Below the pieces are notes generated by a model. The model had not been told where the DNA came from and searched no databases. It saw only the letters and a program-made list of their open reading frames with translations. Position numbers and translations under genes: made by a program. A stretch of DNA of 64,000 nucleotides. It comes from a virus. Its lineage: Duplodnaviria > Caudoviricetes. Location of the stretch: the IMG/VR virus record IMGVR_UViG_3300029305_005724, positions 128,001 to 192,000 of that record; one strand, given 5' to 3'. This document shows, one piece after another, positions 17,683 to 25,425 of this stretch. Position 1 is the stretch's first letter. Every line of letters starts with the position of its first letter.

Positions 17683-17796
17683 TGAGAAATTTCATAGAGT
17701 AAGGATCTATACGGTCCTTACTCTATTACTTTAGGAAGCATGATTAATTTCGCAACATCATATTAATTGGTTTAAACACATGGCGGGAGGTTAATC

Positions 17797-18120
17797 ATGC
17801 TTAGACTTACAGATCATATATGGGAAATATATCAAATATCAAGGCAAAATAAAGTATCTATTAATATATCTGGAATTGATATGTTTATAGCAAACTTAGA
17901 ACTAGGTTATGATAGGTATAAAGGAGCTAGTAATATAGACTATTCTGAACTTGGAAAAGAATGGGCCAAAATACCAAAACTTAGCCAAGATAAGAGAAAA
18001 TTACAACTTAAAAATTTTATTTCAAGATATTCTACTTCATTAAGTAAAGCATGGCTTGCTGATGATAGAGAAACATTTGATTCCATCATAAAAGAAATTT
18101 TAGAGAGAAGACCCGAATAA
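17797..18120 (+). CDS. Hypothetical protein
   Basis: 107 aa, SD GGGAGG, late promoter at 17754. Confidence 0.65.
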   Translation: MLRLTDHIWEIYQISRQNKVSINISGIDMFIANLELGYDRYKGASNIDYSELGKEWAKIPKLSQDKRKLQLKNFISRYSTSLSKAWLADDRETFDSIIKEILERRPE

Positions 18121-18170
18121 GGTCTTCTCTCAACATTTATATAAATACTTTAGAAAGGAGTATTTATATT

Positions 18171-18650
18171 ATGAAAAAATTCATTAATATCCTTACTATG
18201 ATTATGAAGTACCTTTTATTCTTCTGTCTTGGAGGATTTATCTACTATTGCGTTGAGCTAATTTATCGTGGCCATTCACACCCTAGTATGTATATTGTAG
18301 GTGGCCTCTGTTTTATTCTTATTGGAATAATTAATGAAGTATTTAGTTGGAAAATGTTTATAGAGCTTCAAATTATTATTGGAGATCTTGCTGTATTACT
18401 TTTAGAATTCATTTCCGGATGTATTGTAAATTTATGGCTAGGATTAAATGTATGGGATTATTCGTCTATGCCATATAATATACTTGGTCAAGTTTGTTTA
18501 ACATTTGCATTTTTATGGATTCCATTAGTATTATTTGCAATATTGCTAGATGATTGGCTCAGATATAGATTACTTGGAGAGAATAAACCAGAGTATCATT
18601 CTGCTATTGTAAGATTTATAAACTGGATAAAAAGAAAAATTATAAAGTAA
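18171..18650 (+). CDS. Putative ABC-permease-like (CmpB/DUF1113) membrane protein
   Basis: GG.IY..VE.IYRG.SH.SM..VGG, EFISG and VWDYS.MPYN..GQVC motifs; four TM segments. Confidence 0.75.
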   Translation: MKKFINILTMIMKYLLFFCLGGFIYYCVELIYRGHSHPSMYIVGGLCFILIGIINEVFSWKMFIELQIIIGDLAVLLLEFISGCIVNLWLGLNVWDYSSMPYNILGQVCLTFAFLWIPLVLFAILLDDWLRYRLLGENKPEYHSAIVRFINWIKRKIIK

Positions 18651-19115
18651 TCAAGAGAAGCCGAGAAGGGGAGTACAGACCCTTCTCGGCTATTGAAAAG
18701 CTTTCTCATACCTCATTCGTCAGATGCTAGGACTACCACAAACTAGCAACCGAATTGCTTGTCGTAAAACTGCCGTGACATGAGCACATATTATAACTTT
18801 GAAACCAATGAGACATCTATAACATTGTCAAATACACCAAGAAGATCTAGCACATCTTCTTGGTGTTTTATTTATTTGAAGTTGTTATGTATTCTCAAAT
18901 AGCATGGTTTCGAAAGGAGGCAGAACCGTGGATAATGAAACTGTTGGAACCACACACGGTATGGAGGTATAATACTTGCTTCCCAACCAAATTTGAAAGG
19001 AGATACGTTTTATGAAGTGTTCACTAATTCGAATTTGGTCTGAATGAGAACGCATCTCTAAAAACTCATTCAGACCAATTACTATGTAAAGATTTGTGTT
19101 GTTATTTGAAATACT

Positions 19116-19142
19116 TGTTTTCTTCACCACAATTATATACAA
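19116..19142 (-). repeat. 27-bp direct repeat, copy 1 (promoter-like on minus strand)
   Basis: TGTTTTCTTCACCACAATTATATACAA; one mismatch to 19587-19613. Confidence 0.8.
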
Positions 19143-19212
19143 GTATTTTATTTAGCTTTTACGAATCATTCAAATCAAATGGAGGATGGTCCCTAAAATA
19201 CCATCCTCCACT

Positions 19213-19548
19213 TTAAATTGAAAGTTCTATTTTTATTTTTGATTCTAATTCGCTACTGCGAATATAGTTTCTTAGTTGCCATAGAACTCCATTAACACTA
19301 ACGAATGAATCGTCTAAAAATACCAAATTTTGCATAGCAATATCTTGATCTTCAATATAGATATCATCTTCTTCAGCAGTTATTGACAATTTGCAAATAG
19401 TTGCTATATTACCATTAATAGATTTAACCAAACCTACTTTGCAGTAGTCAGCTTCATCATAAATGGTAACAAAATCTCCTACCGTAATAGGCAGGCTTCT
19501 ATCTAGAAGATCTTTGGGGTTTGTAATTTGAGCAATTCCTGTTGTCAT
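19213..19548 (-). CDS. Small protein, possible SH3/KOW-like beta-barrel
   Basis: ITVGDFVTI...KVGLVKSINGNIATI pattern; SD GAGG; terminator hairpin 19180-19210. Confidence 0.65.
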   Translation of the reverse strand: MTTGIAQITNPKDLLDRSLPITVGDFVTIYDEADYCKVGLVKSINGNIATICKLSITAEEDDIYIEDQDIAMQNLVFLDDSFVSVNGVLWQLRNYIRSSELESKIKIELSI

Positions 19549-19586
19549 TTTTCTTTACCTCTTTTTTTGTTATTTTTGAAGATAGG

Positions 19587-19613
19587 TGTTTTCTTCACCA
19601 CGATTATATACAA
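19587..19613 (-). repeat. 27-bp direct repeat, copy 2 (upstream of the 111-aa gene)
   Basis: TGTTTTCTTCACCACGATTATATACAA. Confidence 0.8.
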
Positions 19614-19629
19614 CAGAAATCGTTTAAAT

Positions 19630-21117
19630 TTACGAATTTGCATTTATCAGTTCATACTCACGAATCTCCATATTATAGTCTCTTATTATCGACTCCCTAT
19701 CTCTATCAGAGAAGTATTGTTCAGCAGAGGCTTGATACGTTCCAGGTTTTCTATTATTTTTTCGTTTATTGTTTTTCTTCTTTTTGGGTTTTGGCTGTAA
19801 CTTCTTAGCTTCAGCTTCTTCTTTTAATCTTTTTTGTTCTTCTTCATACGCATCCTGATCAGGAAATCTATATGAAGATCTTGCTACAATTCTTGGGCCT
19901 TCAGGATATACTCTGGCTAAAGTATAATCTTTATTTTGGGTTTCATTATGTAGCGTTTTTATATCTTCTACCAGCTTTACTAAATATCTATATTGAGAAG
20001 AATTAAGGTCTTCCTCTCTCTTCTTAGCTAGCATTTCTGTCAAAATATGCTGTTCAGTTTTTCGATCTCCAGGCAGATTATTTTGAAATTCTTTTGTGTC
20101 TGTATGCATAAACCATCCGTTATACGATCCAAATCTTTGCAATTTCTTAATTGTAAATCTTCCACTATAAAGAGATCTATTTGCTCTTATGGCATGATTA
20201 ATAATCCTAGGTCTTAAATCAGTTTTATCAAATGTGAACCTAAAACCAATAAAATCAATAGGATTTTCATCAGTAATTTCTACAACTTCAGAAGTTTCTT
20301 TTAACCAAAGGCCAAATTCGCTTCTAAGAAGATTGTCTATATCTTTCATAAGATTTTCAAGCTTTCTCTTATTGCTGCCTAATATAATCATATCATCCAT
20401 ATATCTTATATATTTATCTACTCCATATTTAGGCATGAGGACTTCTCGTATCTTATGATCAAATGCTTGTAAATAAAAATTAGCAAACCATTGAGATGTG
20501 TAATAGCCTAATGGTAAACCTTTTCCTGTTTTACTTGGTACTGAATAAATGATTTTTCGACAAAGATCTAAAATTTCTTTATCTTTTATTCTTTGCTCTA
20601 GCAAAATCATCAATCGTTCTCGATTTATATTCTCAAAGAATTTCTTTATATCCATTCTAAGACAATATTTATATTTCTTTCTAGTAGGAATTTGCCCAGG
20701 TTTATCATTACTTGTATCTAGGCATTTTTCAATAAAATTTTTAGCATAAAAGGTTCCTCGACCTTTTATGCTGGCACAGCACCACTGGTCCATACCTTTC
20801 ATCAAAACAGGCTGAATTGCCAATATAAGAGACCAATGTATAAATTGATCTGGAAATATAGCAGGAGCCTGGATAAATCGTATCTTATTGCTTCCTTTAT
20901 CTGAACGATAACTTTCTCGAGGTTTTCGGGGTTTAAATGAGCGCTCGGCAAGAATTCTGCCAGCCTCAGCAATATAAAAATCTTTGTTCTGCATAATCAT
21001 AAAAGACATAGAACCAGGAAGGCTCTTATGCTTTTTATCACGCATAACACCTTGAAACGCTTCTAGCATTCTTGGATACGATAGCATAGTCTCGTATAGA
21101 TTTCCAACACGCTTCAC
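19630..21117 (-). CDS. DGR reverse transcriptase with C-terminal extension
   Basis: MKR..NLY start, KGRGT, CLRMDIKKFF, GLPLGYYTSQWFAN (DGR-type SQ), YIRYMDD, IDFIGF; GTG start after GAAAGGAG; adjacent TR/VR pair. Confidence 0.95.
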   Translation of the reverse strand: MKRVGNLYETMLSYPRMLEAFQGVMRDKKHKSLPGSMSFMIMQNKDFYIAEAGRILAERSFKPRKPRESYRSDKGSNKIRFIQAPAIFPDQFIHWSLILAIQPVLMKGMDQWCCASIKGRGTFYAKNFIEKCLDTSNDKPGQIPTRKKYKYCLRMDIKKFFENINRERLMILLEQRIKDKEILDLCRKIIYSVPSKTGKGLPLGYYTSQWFANFYLQAFDHKIREVLMPKYGVDKYIRYMDDMIILGSNKRKLENLMKDIDNLLRSEFGLWLKETSEVVEITDENPIDFIGFRFTFDKTDLRPRIINHAIRANRSLYSGRFTIKKLQRFGSYNGWFMHTDTKEFQNNLPGDRKTEQHILTEMLAKKREEDLNSSQYRYLVKLVEDIKTLHNETQNKDYTLARVYPEGPRIVARSSYRFPDQDAYEEEQKRLKEEAEAKKLQPKPKKKKNNKRKNNRKPGTYQASAEQYFSDRDRESIIRDYNMEIREYELINANS

Positions 21118-21472
21118 TTAAAAGAACATCTCCTTTCATAATTATTTGCTATCTCAGGATTACTCCATATACGTCAAATAAATTCGATGACTGCAACTGT
21201 ATGATTAACTTACCTTAACCCAACGCACAGCCCTAACGGGGTTTCGAATCATTTCTGATCTACTAACTCATTTCGAGACGGGCAAATTTTACTGAATTTA
21301 ATCAGCAAGGAATTTTCGGTGCTAGAAATCTATTTACTAACTTTATTATGCATACGATACTTAGGGATGAAGCTAAAGAAACCGTATATAAAGGAAGCAA
21401 TAGATTCGGCATCTACCGCAATAGTATCACTTATCCGAGATAAGTGTCTCGAACTATTGTCCTGTGCAGGGC

Positions 21473-21623
21473 TAGGCCGCAACAAGGCGCCCGACATAAT
21501 TGTCGTTGTTGTTGTTGGGATTGTTGTTGATGTTGGCGTAGAAGGGACCAGCATTCGCCAGGTTATTCCTGTAGCTACCACCGACATTGGCAACATAGCC
21601 GGAGTTGTCGTTGACGTAAAGAT
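21473..21623 (-). repeat. DGR template repeat (TR), 151 bp
   Basis: Gap-free alignment to 22008-22158; all 23 differences fall at TR adenines (42 adenines in total); rich in AAC codons. Confidence 0.95.
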
Positions 21624-21901
21624 CCAAAAATCCCTCCGAAGAATTTCCACCGAATTACCTTGGTTTTGCAATTTCAACGCCCAATTGCAAGTCAATCTCA
21701 GAAGTCGACTAATGGAAGAAGAAATTATATAGCAAAACTTATTAAAAAAGTTATTTGATGTAATTTTTAAATCCTGCTTAATAGATGTCTTTTTATATAA
21801 ATTTTCAAAATTTTTCATGGTTATGATATTTCTATTTAATGCCATATTATGCATATTATATCACCTCCCATCAATGAATAGTTGCATGATTAATAAGTTA
21901 C

Positions 21902-21962
21902 AAAAAAAAAGAAGTCCCATTACACTCGCTCCGCTGCCGCTTCGCTTTAGTGTAATGGGACT
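21902..21962 (-). terminator. Terminator of the DGR target gene
   Basis: 14-bp inverted repeat AGTCCCATTACACT/AGTGTAATGGGACT followed by T9 on the minus strand. Confidence 0.7.
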
Positions 21963-21966
21963 GAGT

Positions 21967-22005
21967 GTAGGGGGCCGCGGCCCCCTACGACCCTCAACTC
22001 GAGGG
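21967..22005 (-). promoter_or_regulatory. GC-rich hairpin/cruciform downstream of VR (DGR homing cis element)
   Basis: GTAGGGGGCC-GC-GGCCCCCTAC perfect inverted repeat plus CCCTC/GAGGG hairpin directly after the target stop; absent after TR. Confidence 0.75.
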
Positions 22006-22006
22006 G

Positions 22007-23458
22007 TTAGGCCGCAACAAGGCGCCCGACATAACCGTCGATGCTGTCGTAGGGATTGTAGTCGACGACGGCGCAGAAGGGACCAGCATTCGCCAGGTTA
22101 CCCCAGTAGCCACCACCGACATAGGCAACACAGCCGGAGTCGCCGCCGACGCAAAGATAATCTGGCCAACCAATTGTAGAATCAGACTGACCAACAGATG
22201 CAAAAATAGCCGCTCCCCCAAGTACAGGAGACATTTCTGTAGGATACAGAGATTCCCATACAGGCAAAGAATGACCAACAGAAGTATACGAACTTGTATC
22301 TTCACCGTCATATGCATCTTTATAAGGCGGGCAATCCTTAATCAAAATAGATGATTCAGACTCAATCTGAATGCCATCACACCAAGAATAAGTATTACCC
22401 CACATATTTTCGATACCGAAGCATTTAACTCCAGTACCCTTATTCTTACCACCAAAGAAGAGACCCTTGGTGTCCATAGTACCGGCATTAATCAATCCAG
22501 ATGTACCAGTGCCTACGCTAATATTACCATAACCAACTGCCGCCTGGCATTCACGAGTTTTGGTAACAAGCATGAGAAGACCAAGAATATAATATCTCTT
22601 ACACCAGTCTTCCATGCCATATTTAGCACCCATAGCTTTGCAATTTGTGCGATAGTTCTGATAAGTCCAATAGTTTTCACCATTACTTACACTCTTACCG
22701 CTCAAGCTACGAGCCTTATTATTTTCCGCATCGCCATACGCTTCATATGCACCGAAATACATATAATCGCGAACAGTTCCTGCAACTCCATCGCTGCCAT
22801 CCATGGTCTTAAATGCAGAAGTTACAAATCCGTCTGCAGATCTGTCATAGTTAGCAACCTGGAATGTTAGAATATTTCCAGACTTAGAATACTTATACCA
22901 AGTCTTCTTAAATTCGACCATTACATCTCCAGCAGCGCCAGAAGTAATGTCGGCATCGGCACCAGTAACTGTCTTGCTATAATTATTAGGATTAAGATAA
23001 ACAGATCTGGCACCATCTTTATATAGACAGGGCTTTACTCCCCATCCGCCGGTAATAATCTCTTCCCAGTCGCCATAGTTACATTCACCGGTTTCGAGAT
23101 TTACCGAAAGAGGATTAAGACCTACAGCATCATCGATGTATGTAACTGCAGATTCAGGATCTGTATTACTCATATCGATACTAATACCATAGGTAACCTG
23201 AGTAAGATTGACGTCGATCACTTCTGCTGCCGTAATAGTAATATTTCTAGATCCAGAAGCGGTACTAGAAATAACCCAATCGCCGGCTTCAAGCCAGAAA
23301 GTGGACGTACCATCTGCGGGAGTTCTCTGAAGAACAGTTCCGCATCCTGCGCATGTAATGGTTGCATGAGCTGCAGTAGTTACATTAACTTGCGCAATAA
23401 TCTTTTCGTCCGAGGAAGATGAACCTCCACCATAACGGGACATTAAAGCTTCACCCAT
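22007..23458 (-). CDS. DGR target protein; putative receptor-binding tail fibre with C-type-lectin (Mtd/FGE-like) fold
   Basis: YFGAYEA and FGIENMWGNTYSWCDG motifs, C-terminal VR ending GRL; start ATG 23458 after GGAGGGAGG. Confidence 0.85.
   Translation of the reverse strand: MGEALMSRYGGGSSSSDEKIIAQVNVTTAAHATITCAGCGTVLQRTPADGTSTFWLEAGDWVISSTASGSRNITITAAEVIDVNLTQVTYGISIDMSNTDPESAVTYIDDAVGLNPLSVNLETGECNYGDWEEIITGGWGVKPCLYKDGARSVYLNPNNYSKTVTGADADITSGAAGDVMVEFKKTWYKYSKSGNILTFQVANYDRSADGFVTSAFKTMDGSDGVAGTVRDYMYFGAYEAYGDAENNKARSLSGKSVSNGENYWTYQNYRTNCKAMGAKYGMEDWCKRYYILGLLMLVTKTRECQAAVGYGNISVGTGTSGLINAGTMDTKGLFFGGKNKGTGVKCFGIENMWGNTYSWCDGIQIESESSILIKDCPPYKDAYDGEDTSSYTSVGHSLPVWESLYPTEMSPVLGGAAIFASVGQSDSTIGWPDYLCVGGDSGCVAYVGGGYWGNLANAGPFCAVVDYNPYDSIDGYVGRLVAA
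22008..22158 (-). repeat. DGR variable repeat (VR) encoding the target C-terminus
   Basis: Encodes LCVGGDSGCVAYVGGGYWGNLANAGPFCAVVDYNPYDSIDGYVGRLVAA, versus TR LYVNDNSGYVANVGGSYRNNLANAGPFYANINNNPNNNNDNYVGRLVAA. Confidence 0.95.
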
Positions 23459-23570
23459 TACAGAGCACCTCCCTCCGTACAATCAATACCCTTTTAACGC
23501 TGTTAAAAAGCCCCGTGAGAAGTTTTCGAATCACTTGACATGGGGGGGGGGTGTTACGAATTTTAATCAT
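23451..23570 (-). CDS. 39-aa leader ORF containing a C10 homopolymer and overlapping the target start
   Basis: SD AAAGGAGG + ATG 23570; MIKIRNTPPPCQVIRKLLTGLFNSVKRVLIVRREVLCNG*; stop overlaps target start (ATGGGTGA); late promoter 23596-23607. Confidence 0.6.
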   Translation of the reverse strand: MIKIRNTPPPCQVIRKLLTGLFNSVKRVLIVRREVLCNG

Positions 23571-23678
23571 ATTTAAATTCCTCCTTTATTGGAATTATTA
23601 AATAGTTTTCACGTTTTTGAATTATAATTAACGCTTTTACTACCTTTAAATATGTAAATGAGGGACGGTAAATCCCTC

Positions 23679-24494
23679 TTAGAACAGTCGATAGTTCTTT
23701 ATTGCCAAAAATACATGTGGCGGTAAAATATTTCGATTTTCATCAGCTAGCGATCGTATTCGACTCTCTTTAGCCTCTTTATACTTAAAAAGTTTTAAAA
23801 TTTCGAATTGTGACATCTGCCCACTCATAAGAGCTTCAATGCGGTCTTTTTCAAAGTCTTTTACTTGAACTTTTGCATTTATAAAGTTCGGAAGTATAAG
23901 ACATTTATAAGGACCGTATTCCTCATTTCCTGGGCAAAGGACGTCTTTATCGACAACCATATCATACATAGAATTGTAAGGTACCGAATAAAAAGATGCT
24001 GTAAACCAAGCAGCAAAGTACTGAAAGTTCCACCATTCTGGGTGTACACTTTTGTGTCTTTCTCTCTTTACATAGCATCTATCTAAGATTCCTCGCCATC
24101 TAGAGTATACCATTCTTTCAAATGGATTTCCATCGACCCTATAAGGTCCAACGCCAATACAACCTATTCCTAAGATAGATTTAGCATATGGATCTTTAAG
24201 TTCGCCTTTATTAATATTATTTGCTCTAGCAAGCATTCGATAACCGCTATTTAAAAATATAACAGCTATTTTGTCATAATTAAAATACTCAGTTACCATA
24301 AACTCGCCACAGTTTTTAGATAAGAATACATTTCCAGTGTATTTATTATCTGATGAAGTTGTGTTGTAGATATTAATTACTCGATCTCTTCTTAATTCTT
24401 GTAATACTTCGTCAAATGCTAGCTGCTCTTGAATCTCATACCGCTTTATTTCTAGTTTTAATGTTTCATATAAAGGATTCATCGGTTCTATCAT
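23679..24494 (-). CDS. Free-standing HNH-like (homing) endonuclease
   Basis: Y.RW..IL.RCY...V..EW.NF..F..WF...VDKD.L..GN..YGP..C..LP..IN pattern of phage endonucleases; probable start MIEPMN. Confidence 0.7.
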   Translation of the reverse strand: MIEPMNPLYETLKLEIKRYEIQEQLAFDEVLQELRRDRVINIYNTTSSDNKYTGNVFLSKNCGEFMVTEYFNYDKIAVIFLNSGYRMLARANNINKGELKDPYAKSILGIGCIGVGPYRVDGNPFERMVYSRWRGILDRCYVKRERHKSVHPEWWNFQYFAAWFTASFYSVPYNSMYDMVVDKDVLCPGNEEYGPYKCLILPNFINAKVQVKDFEKDRIEALMSGQMSQFEILKLFKYKEAKESRIRSLADENRNILPPHVFLAIKNYRLF

Positions 24495-24749
24495 TATAAT
24501 CACCCCTTTATCACAAAAATATATTGTACATACCGCCATTTCAACAGGCAGTATGTACAATCAACTATTTTAGCTCATGAGAAATTAACAGCTTATAATA
24601 TAGTTTCAGATGATGTAAAAGTCTATAATTCTTTACCGCCAGTATCGTAGGCAAATGTAAGGTTCTTCATTATGGTTATATATTATAAATTTGAAGAGAA
24701 AGCTTTAAAAGTTTTCTCTATTTATTTTCCATAAGGAGGAATTTATATC

Positions 24750-25337
24750 ATGTCTATTTATTGTGATGAAAGACGTAGATCTTTCAATGAAGATTATAAA
24801 GATGTAAGGATTGATGAGGAAGGAGGCAAGTATAGTTATGCTATTCATATCCCTAGAGCTTATGCTAGAATGGAAACTAATGTAAGACCTGATTTTAAAG
24901 ATCTTGAAAATGTTCCAAACTACACACTTTATATAACAAGGCAAGTTGGATCAGTTCTCAATATGAGAGATACCAATATCTATTACAGACTTCCAAGTGG
25001 ACGCTTGGTAAGAATTCTTCTCCATCCACGCGGAGGAGTTAGTATAGATAAACTAGATCATAAGTATCTTATAAGAGAAACTGATGAGTTAGATCGTCGC
25101 ATTATATTAGGATTTTGTTTACTAAATTATACAGAATTGAAATCAGAATGCTATGATGATAAACCTTTTAAGTCATTACATTTGGAGGATGCTGCATTTA
25201 ATTATAGATGCAGTAAAATGCCTAAGAGACTTAAATTAGGACCTTTAAATAATTTTATCTATATCTCAAGGCCATTGAAAGCTTATGAAGAATCCAAAAT
25301 ATTCTCAAGTGTTAGGTTTCTAAATGAAACTGCATAA
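24750..25337 (+). CDS. Hypothetical early protein
   Basis: 195 aa, SD AAGGAGG, early promoter 24679, terminator 25344-25378. Confidence 0.7.
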   Translation: MSIYCDERRRSFNEDYKDVRIDEEGGKYSYAIHIPRAYARMETNVRPDFKDLENVPNYTLYITRQVGSVLNMRDTNIYYRLPSGRLVRILLHPRGGVSIDKLDHKYLIRETDELDRRIILGFCLLNYTELKSECYDDKPFKSLHLEDAAFNYRCSKMPKRLKLGPLNNFIYISRPLKAYEESKIFSSVRFLNETA

Positions 25338-25425
25338 ACACTCAGGGAGTAAGGTTTCCTTACTCCCTGTTCTTTTTTGTACTCAGAACTTAATAATAAG
25401 TGATTTAGATAGGAGGTAGAGATAC

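Larger units (their letters stand above)
19630..23458 (-). mobile_element. Diversity-generating retroelement cassette: target(VR)-TR-RT
   Basis: RT plus an adenine-specific TR/VR pair and a GC-rich hairpin downstream of VR. Confidence 0.93.

Noticed and set aside
19630-21117. RT as a group II intron maturase, retron or Abi RT
   Set aside because: The SQ motif and adjacent adenine-specific TR/VR pair identify it as a DGR RT.
21319-22317. Overlapping ORFs 21319-21732, 21817-22179 and 21994-22317
   Set aside because: Alternative-frame or antisense readings of the GC-rich TR/VR sequence with no SD.
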